From Alkanindiges sp. WGS2144 (lineage in GTDB: Bacteria; Pseudomonadota; Gammaproteobacteria; Pseudomonadales; Moraxellaceae), in NCBI RefSeq assembly GCF_043950625.1, contig NZ_CP171007.1: 32,000 bases of DNA, one strand, 5' to 3'. Position 1 is the stretch's first letter; each line of letters starts with the position of its first letter. The notes below the pieces were generated by a model. The model was not told where the DNA came from. It was given only the letters and a program-made list of their open reading frames with translations, and ran no database searches. Positions 18,232-28,519 of the stretch are shown piece after piece. The position numbers were made by a program, and so were the translations under genes.

Positions 18232-19803
18232 TTATCCTGCAGGAGTTTTAGCTGGCAGGATTTTAAGTGCAGTTAAAATAGGAAAGTTTTCAATCTCAAA
18301 GGTTTTTGCCAGTTGTTGCAGGTGTACAAGATTATTTTGATCACCTTCAAGCTTTTGCTGGTCGTGGCCAATCATAACCAGCCCCTGTGATTTTAGCACT
18401 TCCCAGCAATAAATAGCCCATTGCGCTGGCTGCTGCATATTTTTAACCATGTAGGCATATAGAAACAACTGGTGCACCCGGCTGACATTAAAGCCTGCTC
18501 CAAGTAGAGGGCTTGACAGTACAGTATTATTTGGGTTTATGGCAGCCTGTTTAATGAGATAGTTATTTAAGTGCCCGCACTGTGCCTGTACAGCCTGAAC
18601 GTATTCAGGCAACTGACAGGGACCAACAAAGCCTGAGCCTACCATAATGAGAATAATATCAACAACCTGCTCATAATTGAGCTGGCTTAACTTCTGCAAT
18701 AAATAACCAATGGTTTTTGGCGCATAATGGTCTGCGGCCATGATTTTTAGAAATGGCTCATAAATTTCGGGCTTTAGATCAAATGTACCAGCATGACCTG
18801 TGATTTTTTTAGGAATATGGTTGAGTGTGGTAAGTAGTACAATCGGTGTTTCCATTAAGCGACTTTTTTGCTCAGCCTGTGAAAGGCGCACTGCACCGCG
18901 TATAAATAGATCCTTGCGGAATTGCCGATTGAAAAAATAATCCCGGGTCTGTTCGCGCAGGATTGGATTTTCAATATTGTCCAGAAACTCAATAGCACCT
19001 GTGCTGAGGTTAATAGAGTCCACCTGGGTGAGCAGGTCGGTGCTAGAGGCATATTGCAGCTTGCCGGCATCCATTTGTGAAGTGACGTCCCGAAATGACA
19101 ATGCCTGCCAGCTTAAGTTGAAGTACTCATGAGCCAGATAATAAGGATCTTTATCCTTCAGGCTGTTGAGGGCGCTTACCACTTGTGGCATGGCTTTAAC
19201 ATACTGTGGCTCTAGGCTAAATAATTGCTGGGCAAAATTCAGGGACTGGCGGATACGGGTGATAGGATTGGTTTCTGTGGTGCCTAATTGACTGTAGCTA
19301 TCAAATAAGCCTTTGAGAGGAAGTACTGCACTGATTCCGGGTAGGCAGTTATAGCTGATATAGACCATGCCACCCGGTTTAAGATATTTTTTTATAAATT
19401 GAACAATAATGTCCTGATTTTGCGAACTAATCCAGCTCCAGATACCGTGCAGCCCAATACTGGAAAATTGTGGTAGATCAGAGCGTGCTAGTAATTGCTC
19501 AAAGCTGTCATCATAGATCCGTGCCTGACTGCCAGCAGCAGTGGCTAGCTTGTTTGCATGTGCTGCATGAGCAGGATTAAAGTCAGTACCTATATAAGTG
19601 CCTAAGGTAGCAGCAGCATGAATATTAAGACTCACTCCCTGGCCAAAGCCTAATTCACAATGGTAGCTGTGTTCATTAATAGGTAAATGATCATAACCTG
19701 CTAACAGCAGGCAGAAATTCTGAAAAGTTGGACTTAAATCTTTATAGTAACCATAGGTATAGGCCACATCGGTGACATAGCCATCACTCCAGATATGCTG
19801 CAT
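18232..19803 (-). CDS. Class I SAM-dependent methyltransferase with a C-terminal methyltransferase-regulatory-type domain (PF10119-like)
   Basis: It is 523 aa. The N-terminus W.DGYVTDVAYTYGYYKDLSP and the motif I-like ELGFGQG are followed by a roughly 250-aa C-terminal domain. The family assignment is from memory and the target is unknown. Confidence 0.6.
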   Translation of the reverse strand: MQHIWSDGYVTDVAYTYGYYKDLSPTFQNFCLLLAGYDHLPINEHSYHCELGFGQGVSLNIHAAATLGTYIGTDFNPAHAAHANKLATAAGSQARIYDDSFEQLLARSDLPQFSSIGLHGIWSWISSQNQDIIVQFIKKYLKPGGMVYISYNCLPGISAVLPLKGLFDSYSQLGTTETNPITRIRQSLNFAQQLFSLEPQYVKAMPQVVSALNSLKDKDPYYLAHEYFNLSWQALSFRDVTSQMDAGKLQYASSTDLLTQVDSINLSTGAIEFLDNIENPILREQTRDYFFNRQFRKDLFIRGAVRLSQAEQKSRLMETPIVLLTTLNHIPKKITGHAGTFDLKPEIYEPFLKIMAADHYAPKTIGYLLQKLSQLNYEQVVDIILIMVGSGFVGPCQLPEYVQAVQAQCGHLNNYLIKQAAINPNNTVLSSPLLGAGFNVSRVHQLFLYAYMVKNMQQPAQWAIYCWEVLKSQGLVMIGHDQQKLEGDQNNLVHLQQLAKTFEIENFPILTALKILPAKTPAG

Positions 19804-19900
19804 ATTAGTCCTGTTTATATTTGGCTCTTAAAATGTGTCTATTGTTAAAGCAAGTGTCTTAAAAATTCAACCCGGAATTTGACTTAAATGTCCTGTACAT

Positions 19901-19938
19901 AAAAAAACCGTATCTACTGACAGCACATACGGTTTTTT
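19901..19938 (-). terminator. Rho-independent terminator after trxB (hairpin flanked by A-run and T-run, potentially bidirectional)
   Basis: AAAACCGTAT / ATACGGTTTT forms a 10-bp stem with a 13-nt loop. On the minus strand it is followed by TTTTTTT (plus-strand AAAAAAA 19901-19907). It lies 25 nt past the trxB stop. Confidence 0.75.
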
Positions 19939-19962
19939 ATTAAGCGGCTACCCAAGCTATAT

Positions 19963-20970
<1,008 letters not shown>

Positions 20971-21268
20971 TTACGTTCAGCCAGAATTATACGGCAGTTG
21001 CCTAACAATAACGGGATTATTGACAAGAAAATACAGAACTTACCGCAGGTTTGCCTGTATTGCCCGGCAGCTCAAGCCTGGCTTGAGATTATGTTCACTG
21101 GATGGGGTTTTAGGTGAATTTATCAAATTACATCGCTACGCTGGACGCAAGCACGATAACAGGTCAAAATTGAGGTTTAGACTAATTTTTAACACGATGC
21201 GGTCAATAATAAATAGTACGCAGAAGCGTATGATGACTGGCACATGATGACTTGGTGGTAGGATTTTA

Positions 21269-24214
21269 ATGAACCCAATGGCGGGCGCCTATGCGCAGCG
21301 AATTTTACTGACAGTTTTTCTGGCGTCGTTTGGTATATATTTGCTGATAGCAACCATCACCTATACCCCGTTCGACCCAGGCTGGACGCATGTATCCAGT
21401 GATACCCAGCATGTGACCAATGCCAGTGGCGTTGCAGGTGCCTGGATTGCCGATTTACTCTTCGGCTTTTTAGGACATGCTGCCTTATTGCTGCCGGTTT
21501 TTATTCTGGTTGAAGCGGTGCAGTTATGGTGGCCGCATAGTTTTTTAAGCCGTCCTTTTCGTCTGGCTGCTGAACTTTTCCTGCTGGTCATTGTGGCGGC
21601 ACTGTTTAGCCTGCATATGCTTCAGCCTACTGATACACTCAGCAATGCATCCGGTGGGATTATTGGCTACGAAATTGGCCGCAATCTGCTATCTCTGGCG
21701 GGCATGATTCTGGCAACAGTTTTTTTGGTAGCGCTATTATTACTGATGGTGACACTGGCCTTTGGCATTCGCTGGAATAAAACCATGGATGCGCTGGGCA
21801 AAATACCCGGCCTATTGCAGGAACTGTTTTATAGAAACGTACCAGCTCGCGAGGCAGCGCCAGATTTAACCCTGGGTGATAAACTTGATGCTGATAGCGC
21901 AGCCACCATTCAACATAGCGATACTACTGCGTTTGTTACAGAAAATGATAAGCCAGAGAGTGAAGAAGAAAGTCAGAAATATCCTGATCCTGCCACAGAA
22001 AACCTTGTTATTCAAAGTGGACAGCGCTGGAGTGCACAGGCCAGAGACAGCCAGCCTTCGGGCACGGAGCCTGCTGGTATTCTCCAGCAAACTCATCAGA
22101 GCCAGCCTGTCAGCGACAAGCCGTTAAGTACGCTGGATCATCTGGCTCAGCTGGTGCAAAAAGCCGATCATGCACTGGCAGAAACTCATACACCGATTAG
22201 TGTATCAGCCAATGAGCTAACAGCGCCTGCCTTAAGCACTCAAATAGAACCTGGTTTTGCCTGGCAGGATAATGAATTGCTGGATGAGCTGCTAGGCACT
22301 ACCCATTCTCCAAATCCAGCTGCTACTGTACAACAATCAGTTAGTGGATTACAGAATCCAGAGCCGACGCTGCAATCGGACGCGTTAGAGCGGACTTTGA
22401 ATATTTTTGAACAATCCTTAAATACCGTGCCAGAGCCTGCAACACAAACACAGCAGGCAAATACACCACAGCCAGCTACACCAACACATGAAACACCGAT
22501 GCAAGCGGTTCACACAGCTAAGCCAGTTACAGCTACGCCCGCACAGGTTAGTGCAGAGGATATAGAAGCCCTGATTCAGGAGTTTGGTCAAACCAATAAC
22601 GAACAACAAGAAGCTTTGGTACCTTATCCCGATTCGCTTGATCTGGATGCCCCGTTAACTGACGCAGCAGGGCGCCCCGTGTCACAGATCATGTCACGTG
22701 CCATGCAGGTGGCCCAGCATCGTGCCAGCTTGCCACCTTTACCCGGGCTTGATTTGCTGGATTTACCTGACCCAAGTCGTAAGGTCAGCTATACCGCTGA
22801 GCAACTGGAGCGCTTATCCAAGCTACTGGAAATTAAGCTCCAGGAATTTAATGTTAAATCCAAGGTGGTGGAAGCGCAGCCCGGCCCGGTGGTAACCCGT
22901 TTTGAGCTAGAGCTGGCACCGGGGGTCAAAGCCTCCAAGGTGACCAATATTTCACGTGACCTTGCGCGTTCCATGTCCATGGCCTCGGTGCGTGTGGTCG
23001 AGGTAATTCCCGGCAAGCCTTATATTGGCATTGAAGTGCCAAATACCTCGCGTGAAATGGTGCGCTTAATTGAGCTACTGCAAACTGATGCGTATCGTGA
23101 TCCGGCTGGTTTGATTACCATGGCAATGGGTAAGGATATTGCTGGCCGTCCGGTACTCACCGACCTTGCCAAAGCGCCGCATATGCTAGTCGCAGGCACC
23201 ACCGGTTCAGGTAAATCAGTGGCGGTGAATGCCATGTTGCTATCCATGCTGCTTAAATACACGCCGCAGCAATTGCGCCTGATTTTAATTGATCCCAAGC
23301 AGCTAGAGCTGGCCAACTATGGCGACATCCCGCATTTGTTGACGCCAGTGGTAACCGACATGAAAGATGCCGTTAGTGCACTGAACTGGTCGGTGAATGA
23401 AATGGAACGCCGCTATAAGCTGATGACCTTCTTAAAAGTGCGCAAGATTGACGAATTTAACCGTAAGGTCAATGAAGCCTTAGAGCGCGGTGAAGATTTG
23501 CTCGACCCGACCTGGAAACCACTGGACAGTGCCGTGCAGGATCGCGCACCACGTCTACAGCCTCTACCGCTCATTGTGATTGTGGCCGATGAATTTGCCG
23601 ACATGATCATGCAGGTGGGCAAAAAAGCCGAAGAGCTAATCACCCGTCTGGCACAAAAGTCGCGTGCGGCAGGGATTCATCTGATGCTAGCGACCCAGCG
23701 CCCTTCGGTAGATGTGATTACTGGCCTGATTAAAGCCAATATTCCTACCCGGGTGGCCTTGCGGGTGAACAGTAAAATTGACTCGCGCACCATTTTGGAT
23801 GGTGGCGGGGCAGAGGACTTGCTAGGTCATGGTGACATGCTGTTCTTGGCACCGGGCAAAATTGAACCTGAGCGTGTGCATGGTGCGTTTATTAGCGATG
23901 ATGAAGTCAACCGCATTTGTGATGCCTGGCGTGAGCGCGGCAGCCCGGATTATGTGGATGATATTTTAACGCCCTATGATGAAGAAGGTAGCTCCAGTCG
24001 TGGCTTTGACTCAGATGATGGCGGCTCGGATCGTGATGCCATGTATGATCAGGCGGTACAATTTGTACTGGAAACCCGTAAATGTTCAGCTTCAGCCTTA
24101 CAGCGCAAGTTTAGTCTGGGCTATAACCGGGCTGCACGCCTGATTGATCAAATGGAAGACGCTGGCATTATTAGTCCCATGGGGCCAAGTGGGAAAAGGG
24201 ATATTCTGGTTTAA
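21269..24214 (+). CDS. ftsK: DNA translocase FtsK
   Basis: There are N-terminal TM helices, a long P/Q/T-rich linker, a motor domain (VAGTTGSGKSVAVNAMLLSML, IVIVADEFADMIM, HLMLATQRPSVDVITG) and a C-terminal gamma winged helix (LQRKFSLGYNRAARLIDQME). Length is 981 aa. Confidence 0.96.
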   Translation: MNPMAGAYAQRILLTVFLASFGIYLLIATITYTPFDPGWTHVSSDTQHVTNASGVAGAWIADLLFGFLGHAALLLPVFILVEAVQLWWPHSFLSRPFRLAAELFLLVIVAALFSLHMLQPTDTLSNASGGIIGYEIGRNLLSLAGMILATVFLVALLLLMVTLAFGIRWNKTMDALGKIPGLLQELFYRNVPAREAAPDLTLGDKLDADSAATIQHSDTTAFVTENDKPESEEESQKYPDPATENLVIQSGQRWSAQARDSQPSGTEPAGILQQTHQSQPVSDKPLSTLDHLAQLVQKADHALAETHTPISVSANELTAPALSTQIEPGFAWQDNELLDELLGTTHSPNPAATVQQSVSGLQNPEPTLQSDALERTLNIFEQSLNTVPEPATQTQQANTPQPATPTHETPMQAVHTAKPVTATPAQVSAEDIEALIQEFGQTNNEQQEALVPYPDSLDLDAPLTDAAGRPVSQIMSRAMQVAQHRASLPPLPGLDLLDLPDPSRKVSYTAEQLERLSKLLEIKLQEFNVKSKVVEAQPGPVVTRFELELAPGVKASKVTNISRDLARSMSMASVRVVEVIPGKPYIGIEVPNTSREMVRLIELLQTDAYRDPAGLITMAMGKDIAGRPVLTDLAKAPHMLVAGTTGSGKSVAVNAMLLSMLLKYTPQQLRLILIDPKQLELANYGDIPHLLTPVVTDMKDAVSALNWSVNEMERRYKLMTFLKVRKIDEFNRKVNEALERGEDLLDPTWKPLDSAVQDRAPRLQPLPLIVIVADEFADMIMQVGKKAEELITRLAQKSRAAGIHLMLATQRPSVDVITGLIKANIPTRVALRVNSKIDSRTILDGGGAEDLLGHGDMLFLAPGKIEPERVHGAFISDDEVNRICDAWRERGSPDYVDDILTPYDEEGSSSRGFDSDDGGSDRDAMYDQAVQFVLETRKCSASALQRKFSLGYNRAARLIDQMEDAGIISPMGPSGKRDILV

Positions 24215-24220
24215 GAATTG

Positions 24221-24784
24221 ATGGATGAGCCGGCTTGCCAAGAGCAACTTATCCAGTGGTTGCTCAACGATCATCAGCGTATGCAGGTTCTGCATCAGGC
24301 GGCTGATTTTTGTGAGAAGTATCATTTAACCGACTGGTGCCTGGCTGCCGGCTTTGTCAGGAATCTGGTGTGGGATCATCTGCATGGCTATCTAGAGGTA
24401 ACTGCACTGGATGATATTGACCTGATTTATTTTGATAGAACGCATGTGGCCTCTGAACGGGATAAAGCACTGGAACTGACTCTGTGGCAACAGTGTGATC
24501 TTAACTGGTCGGTAAAAAATCAGGCGCGTATGCATACTCGCAATGATGACATGCCTTATAAAAATACGCAGGATGCCATGAGCTACTGGCCGGAAGTAGA
24601 AACTGCCGTTGGCGTGTTGATCAAGCAAAAGAAACTTAAAATTATTGCGCCGTTTGGCTTGACTTCGCTGTTTAGCGCAAATGTCAGCTTAAATCTAAAG
24701 CGCCCAAAGCCAGAAATTTTTTATCAGCGTATTAAGCAAAAAAGATGGCTGGAGCAATGGCCGCAACTTCAAATAAAACTGTGA
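24221..24784 (+). CDS. Nucleotidyltransferase-family protein (PF06042/DUF925-like), function unknown
   Basis: It is 187 aa. WCLAAGFVRNLVWDHLHG...DDIDLIYFD resembles the NTP_transf_6 family from memory. The ATG lies 6 nt after the ftsK stop. Confidence 0.55.
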   Translation: MDEPACQEQLIQWLLNDHQRMQVLHQAADFCEKYHLTDWCLAAGFVRNLVWDHLHGYLEVTALDDIDLIYFDRTHVASERDKALELTLWQQCDLNWSVKNQARMHTRNDDMPYKNTQDAMSYWPEVETAVGVLIKQKKLKIIAPFGLTSLFSANVSLNLKRPKPEIFYQRIKQKRWLEQWPQLQIKL

Positions 24785-24794
24785 TCAAAGCACC

Positions 24795-26069
24795 TTATTC
24801 TTTTACCTCTGCCGGCTTGCTGTGCTCCACATCAACATTTAGCAAATCACGGGTTTTAAAATAAGTGAGTGCTGCCACCAGCAAGGTAATACTACCACCC
24901 AGAATAGTCGCTGGAATCACGGTGAGATAACGCGCCGCCACGCCAGATTCAAATGCCCCCAGTTCATTACTGCTAGACACAAACATGCCATTCACTGCAG
25001 CTACCCGTCCACGCAAATTGTCCGGTGGGAAAATCTGCAAAATGGTCTGGCGTATCACCACACTAATACTATCAAATGCACCGGTTAAACTTAATGCCAG
25101 CAAGGACAGCCACATGGTGGTTGAAAAAGCAAAAATCAGTGTAAAAATACCAAAGCCAGCCACCGCCAGCAGCATATTACGCCAGGCGTGATGTGTGGGT
25201 GGATGCTTGGCCAAAATTACCATCATTAGAAGCGCACCAATAGAAGGTGCGGCTCGTAAAAAGCCCAGCCCTTCTGCACCCACCTTTAAAATATCTTCCG
25301 CAAAGATCGGCAGTAAAGCGATCACGCCACCAAACAGCACTGATATTAAATCCAGTGAAATCGACCAGAACACTATTTTGGTTTTAAAAATAAAGCGAAA
25401 GCCTTCTTGTAGGCTTAACCAGACGCTTTCGTGGTTGATGGCTGGGAATTGCCGTTTTTGTAGCAGCGCCAGCAACACACTGCAAGCCAGCAATAAACCA
25501 GTCACCAGATATAAAGTAGTGTGTAGACCAGCATACACCAGCAAGAAGCCTCCAGTCACTGGTCCGAGCACCACGGCACTTTGCCAGCCAATGGTCGTCC
25601 AGGTGGCGGCATTGGGATAAAGCTCACGCGGTACCAAAAATGGCTTTAAGGAGGATACGGACGGATTATAAAAACCCCGGATCGTACCCAGTAGGAAAAT
25701 AACTCCATACACGCCTAAAGCCAATTGGGACTGGGTTAAATAACCTTGCTCAAGGCCAGTAAACAGACCTGATAACAATAAGGGCATGGGTAACGCCAGC
25801 ACCATACAGATTTGCATGATGATTTGCCGGTTGTAACGATCGGCAAAATAACCGCCCCACAAAGACAATGCAATAAACGGAATCGCCTCAGCCAAACCAA
25901 TCAATCCCAGCACTAGCGGATCACGTGTCAGGCGGTACAGCGCATACGCTACAATTACTTCCTGAATCAGAATGGCTAGCGTCAGGCAAAACTGGTTAAT
26001 GGTAACAATGGAAAAATCACGGTGACGCAGGGCAGCAAAGGCATCGTGTGGGACAGGCGGGGTAGGCAT
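24795..26069 (-). CDS. MFS transporter (EntS/MFS_3-like), substrate unknown
   Basis: It is 424 aa with about 12 hydrophobic segments and a loop 2-3 motif GGYFADRYNRQ. Confidence 0.8.
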   Translation of the reverse strand: MPTPPVPHDAFAALRHRDFSIVTINQFCLTLAILIQEVIVAYALYRLTRDPLVLGLIGLAEAIPFIALSLWGGYFADRYNRQIIMQICMVLALPMPLLLSGLFTGLEQGYLTQSQLALGVYGVIFLLGTIRGFYNPSVSSLKPFLVPRELYPNAATWTTIGWQSAVVLGPVTGGFLLVYAGLHTTLYLVTGLLLACSVLLALLQKRQFPAINHESVWLSLQEGFRFIFKTKIVFWSISLDLISVLFGGVIALLPIFAEDILKVGAEGLGFLRAAPSIGALLMMVILAKHPPTHHAWRNMLLAVAGFGIFTLIFAFSTTMWLSLLALSLTGAFDSISVVIRQTILQIFPPDNLRGRVAAVNGMFVSSSNELGAFESGVAARYLTVIPATILGGSITLLVAALTYFKTRDLLNVDVEHSKPAEVKE

Positions 26070-26311
26070 GTTAGGGCTTGGATAAAAAAACGACTCTGGC
26101 GCACATGATAAAAATTAAGCCTGACTTAAGATAGCGCTTTTTTAAATAATTTCTGTTAAACAGTGCTGATAAGGCATAAGCCCTAAAATAAGCATTCAGG
26201 GATGAGGGGCGCTTTTTTTTTGGCTAAAAATCAATTACACTAAGCGCCCCCTACCTGCAAGCCGTACGGTCATGGTGACCACGTGCTGAACAGGTGCTCA
26301 AAGAGGCTATC

Positions 26312-26509
26312 ATGAAAGTTAAGATGAAAACCCGTCGTGGTGCAGCGAAACGCTTCAAAGCGACTGCCAACGGCTTTAAGCGCAAGCAAGCATTCAAGCG
26401 TCACATTTTGACCAAGAAATCTCCAAAACGTATTCGTCAGTTACGCGGCTGTGTAATGGTTCACGTGAGTGACGTTGCATCTGTTCGTCGTATGTGCCCA
26501 TACATCTAA
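26312..26509 (+). CDS. rpmI: 50S ribosomal protein L35
   Basis: [36 protein letters not shown]...; AAGAGG lies 6 nt upstream. Length is 65 aa. Confidence 0.95.
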   Translation: MKVKMKTRRGAAKRFKATANGFKRKQAFKRHILTKKSPKRIRQLRGCVMVHVSDVASVRRMCPYI

Positions 26510-26520
26510 GGAGAAAGTAA

Positions 26521-26880
26521 ATGGCTCGTGTAAAACGTGGTGTACAGGCGCATCGCCGTCACAAAAAAATTCTTGCCCGTGCTAAAGGCTACTATGGTGC
26601 GCGTTCGCGTGTTTATCGCGTAGCGTTCCAGGCGGTAATTAAAGCTGGTCAGTATGCGTACCGTGACCGTCGCCAGAAAAAACGTCAATTCCGCGCGCTG
26701 TGGATTGCCCGTATCAATGCTGGTGCCCGTCAAAACGGTCTGTCTTACAGCCGCCTGATTGCTGGTCTGAAAAAAGCAGAAGTGATTATCGACCGTCGTG
26801 TGCTGGCTGATATTGCCATGCATGATGCTGTTGCATTTACTGCAATTGCTGAAAAAGCCAAAGGTGCCTTAGCTGCTTAA
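26521..26880 (+). CDS. rplT: 50S ribosomal protein L20
   Basis: [35 protein letters not shown]...; AGGAG is upstream. Length is 119 aa. Confidence 0.98.
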   Translation: MARVKRGVQAHRRHKKILARAKGYYGARSRVYRVAFQAVIKAGQYAYRDRRQKKRQFRALWIARINAGARQNGLSYSRLIAGLKKAEVIIDRRVLADIAMHDAVAFTAIAEKAKGALAA

Positions 26881-26911
26881 GTCAGTTAAATTCACGCCTT
26901 TACTTTAATGC

Positions 26912-26947
26912 AAAAAACCGCCTTTAGTCATAACAGGCGGTTTTTTA
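26912..26947 (+). terminator. Rho-independent terminator after rplT
   Basis: AAAACCGCCT / AGGCGGTTTT forms a 10-bp stem with an 11-nt loop, followed by a T-run. Confidence 0.8.
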
Positions 26948-26991
26948 ATTGATGCGATGTTAATGGTTTAACCCGTTAAGGACAGGCAAAA

Positions 26992-27210
26992 ATGGTCAAA
27001 ATTATCAAGCGCGGTGGTTTCCGTGAGCAGGCGGCCCGTCAGTTAAAATATAAAAATTCAGTCAATCAACGCACCGATATTCAGGCACCGGCCAATTATC
27101 AGCCTGTCAGTGATTGGGCTGATACCAAACAGCCAGAAGCCAATCCCACAAACCAGGTTAGTCATAATCCAACAGACCCTGAAACCGACGATTTCCCGGC
27201 CACAAAATAA
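26992..27210 (+). CDS. Hypothetical small hydrophilic protein (72 aa)
   Basis: There is an open frame with AAGGA about 9 nt upstream of the ATG. The product is polar and proline-rich (probably disordered) and I recognise no family. It lies between the rplT terminator and pheS. Confidence 0.35.
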   Translation: MVKIIKRGGFREQAARQLKYKNSVNQRTDIQAPANYQPVSDWADTKQPEANPTNQVSHNPTDPETDDFPATK

Positions 27211-27345
27211 TAAAACCGGTAAAAAATTAGCAATTGCTAAGCCCCGTATTTCAAAGCCATACCTATCTACTTTAAAAAACTGTTAAAATCGTCGGCTAGC
27301 TTAAGTAAATACTTACTTAACTTTTCTTGGTTAAATTTTATTTAG

Positions 27346-28335
<990 letters not shown>

Positions 28336-28339
28336 CGAT

Positions 28340-28460
28340 AAGCACGACTGCGCGAACACCTTGCTACGTCCGGAGGTACTCAAAATCCTCATGTACCTTA
28401 ATGTACACTGCGGTTTTTGCGTTCCGGCGTCCTTGCCAGCTATTCGCTCGTGACGTGCTT
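28340..28460. repeat. Imperfect palindromic element of about 120 nt in the pheS-pheT spacer
   Basis: Nested inverted repeats occur in colinear order: AAGCACG/CGTGCTT (28340-46 / 28454-60), GCGAA/TTCGC (28352-56 / 28443-47), CCGGA/TCCGG (28370-74 / 28423-27), AAAATCC/GGTTTTT (imperfect), and central TGTAC-CTTAAT-GTACA (28392-28407). Confidence 0.5.
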
Positions 28461-28519
28461 CTATAGCCAAATTCAGTATTTAAAAATTTAGTGGTAAAAA
28501 AATTTAGGACTATGCGGTT

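Noticed and set aside
21053-21070. A LexA/SOS-box-like CTGT-N8-GCAG in the trxB-ftsK spacer (ftsK is SOS-inducible in E. coli).
   Set aside because: The second half-site is GCAG rather than ACAG and the spacer is GC-rich rather than AT-rich. From established knowledge, Acinetobacter-type Moraxellaceae lack a canonical LexA. This is probably chance.
21020-21247. A 75-aa highly basic ORF (TTG start) in the trxB-ftsK spacer, where E. coli has lrp.
   Set aside because: It has a non-ATG start with no SD, an Arg/Lys-rich composition typical of random translation of AT-rich DNA, and no resemblance to Lrp/AsnC.
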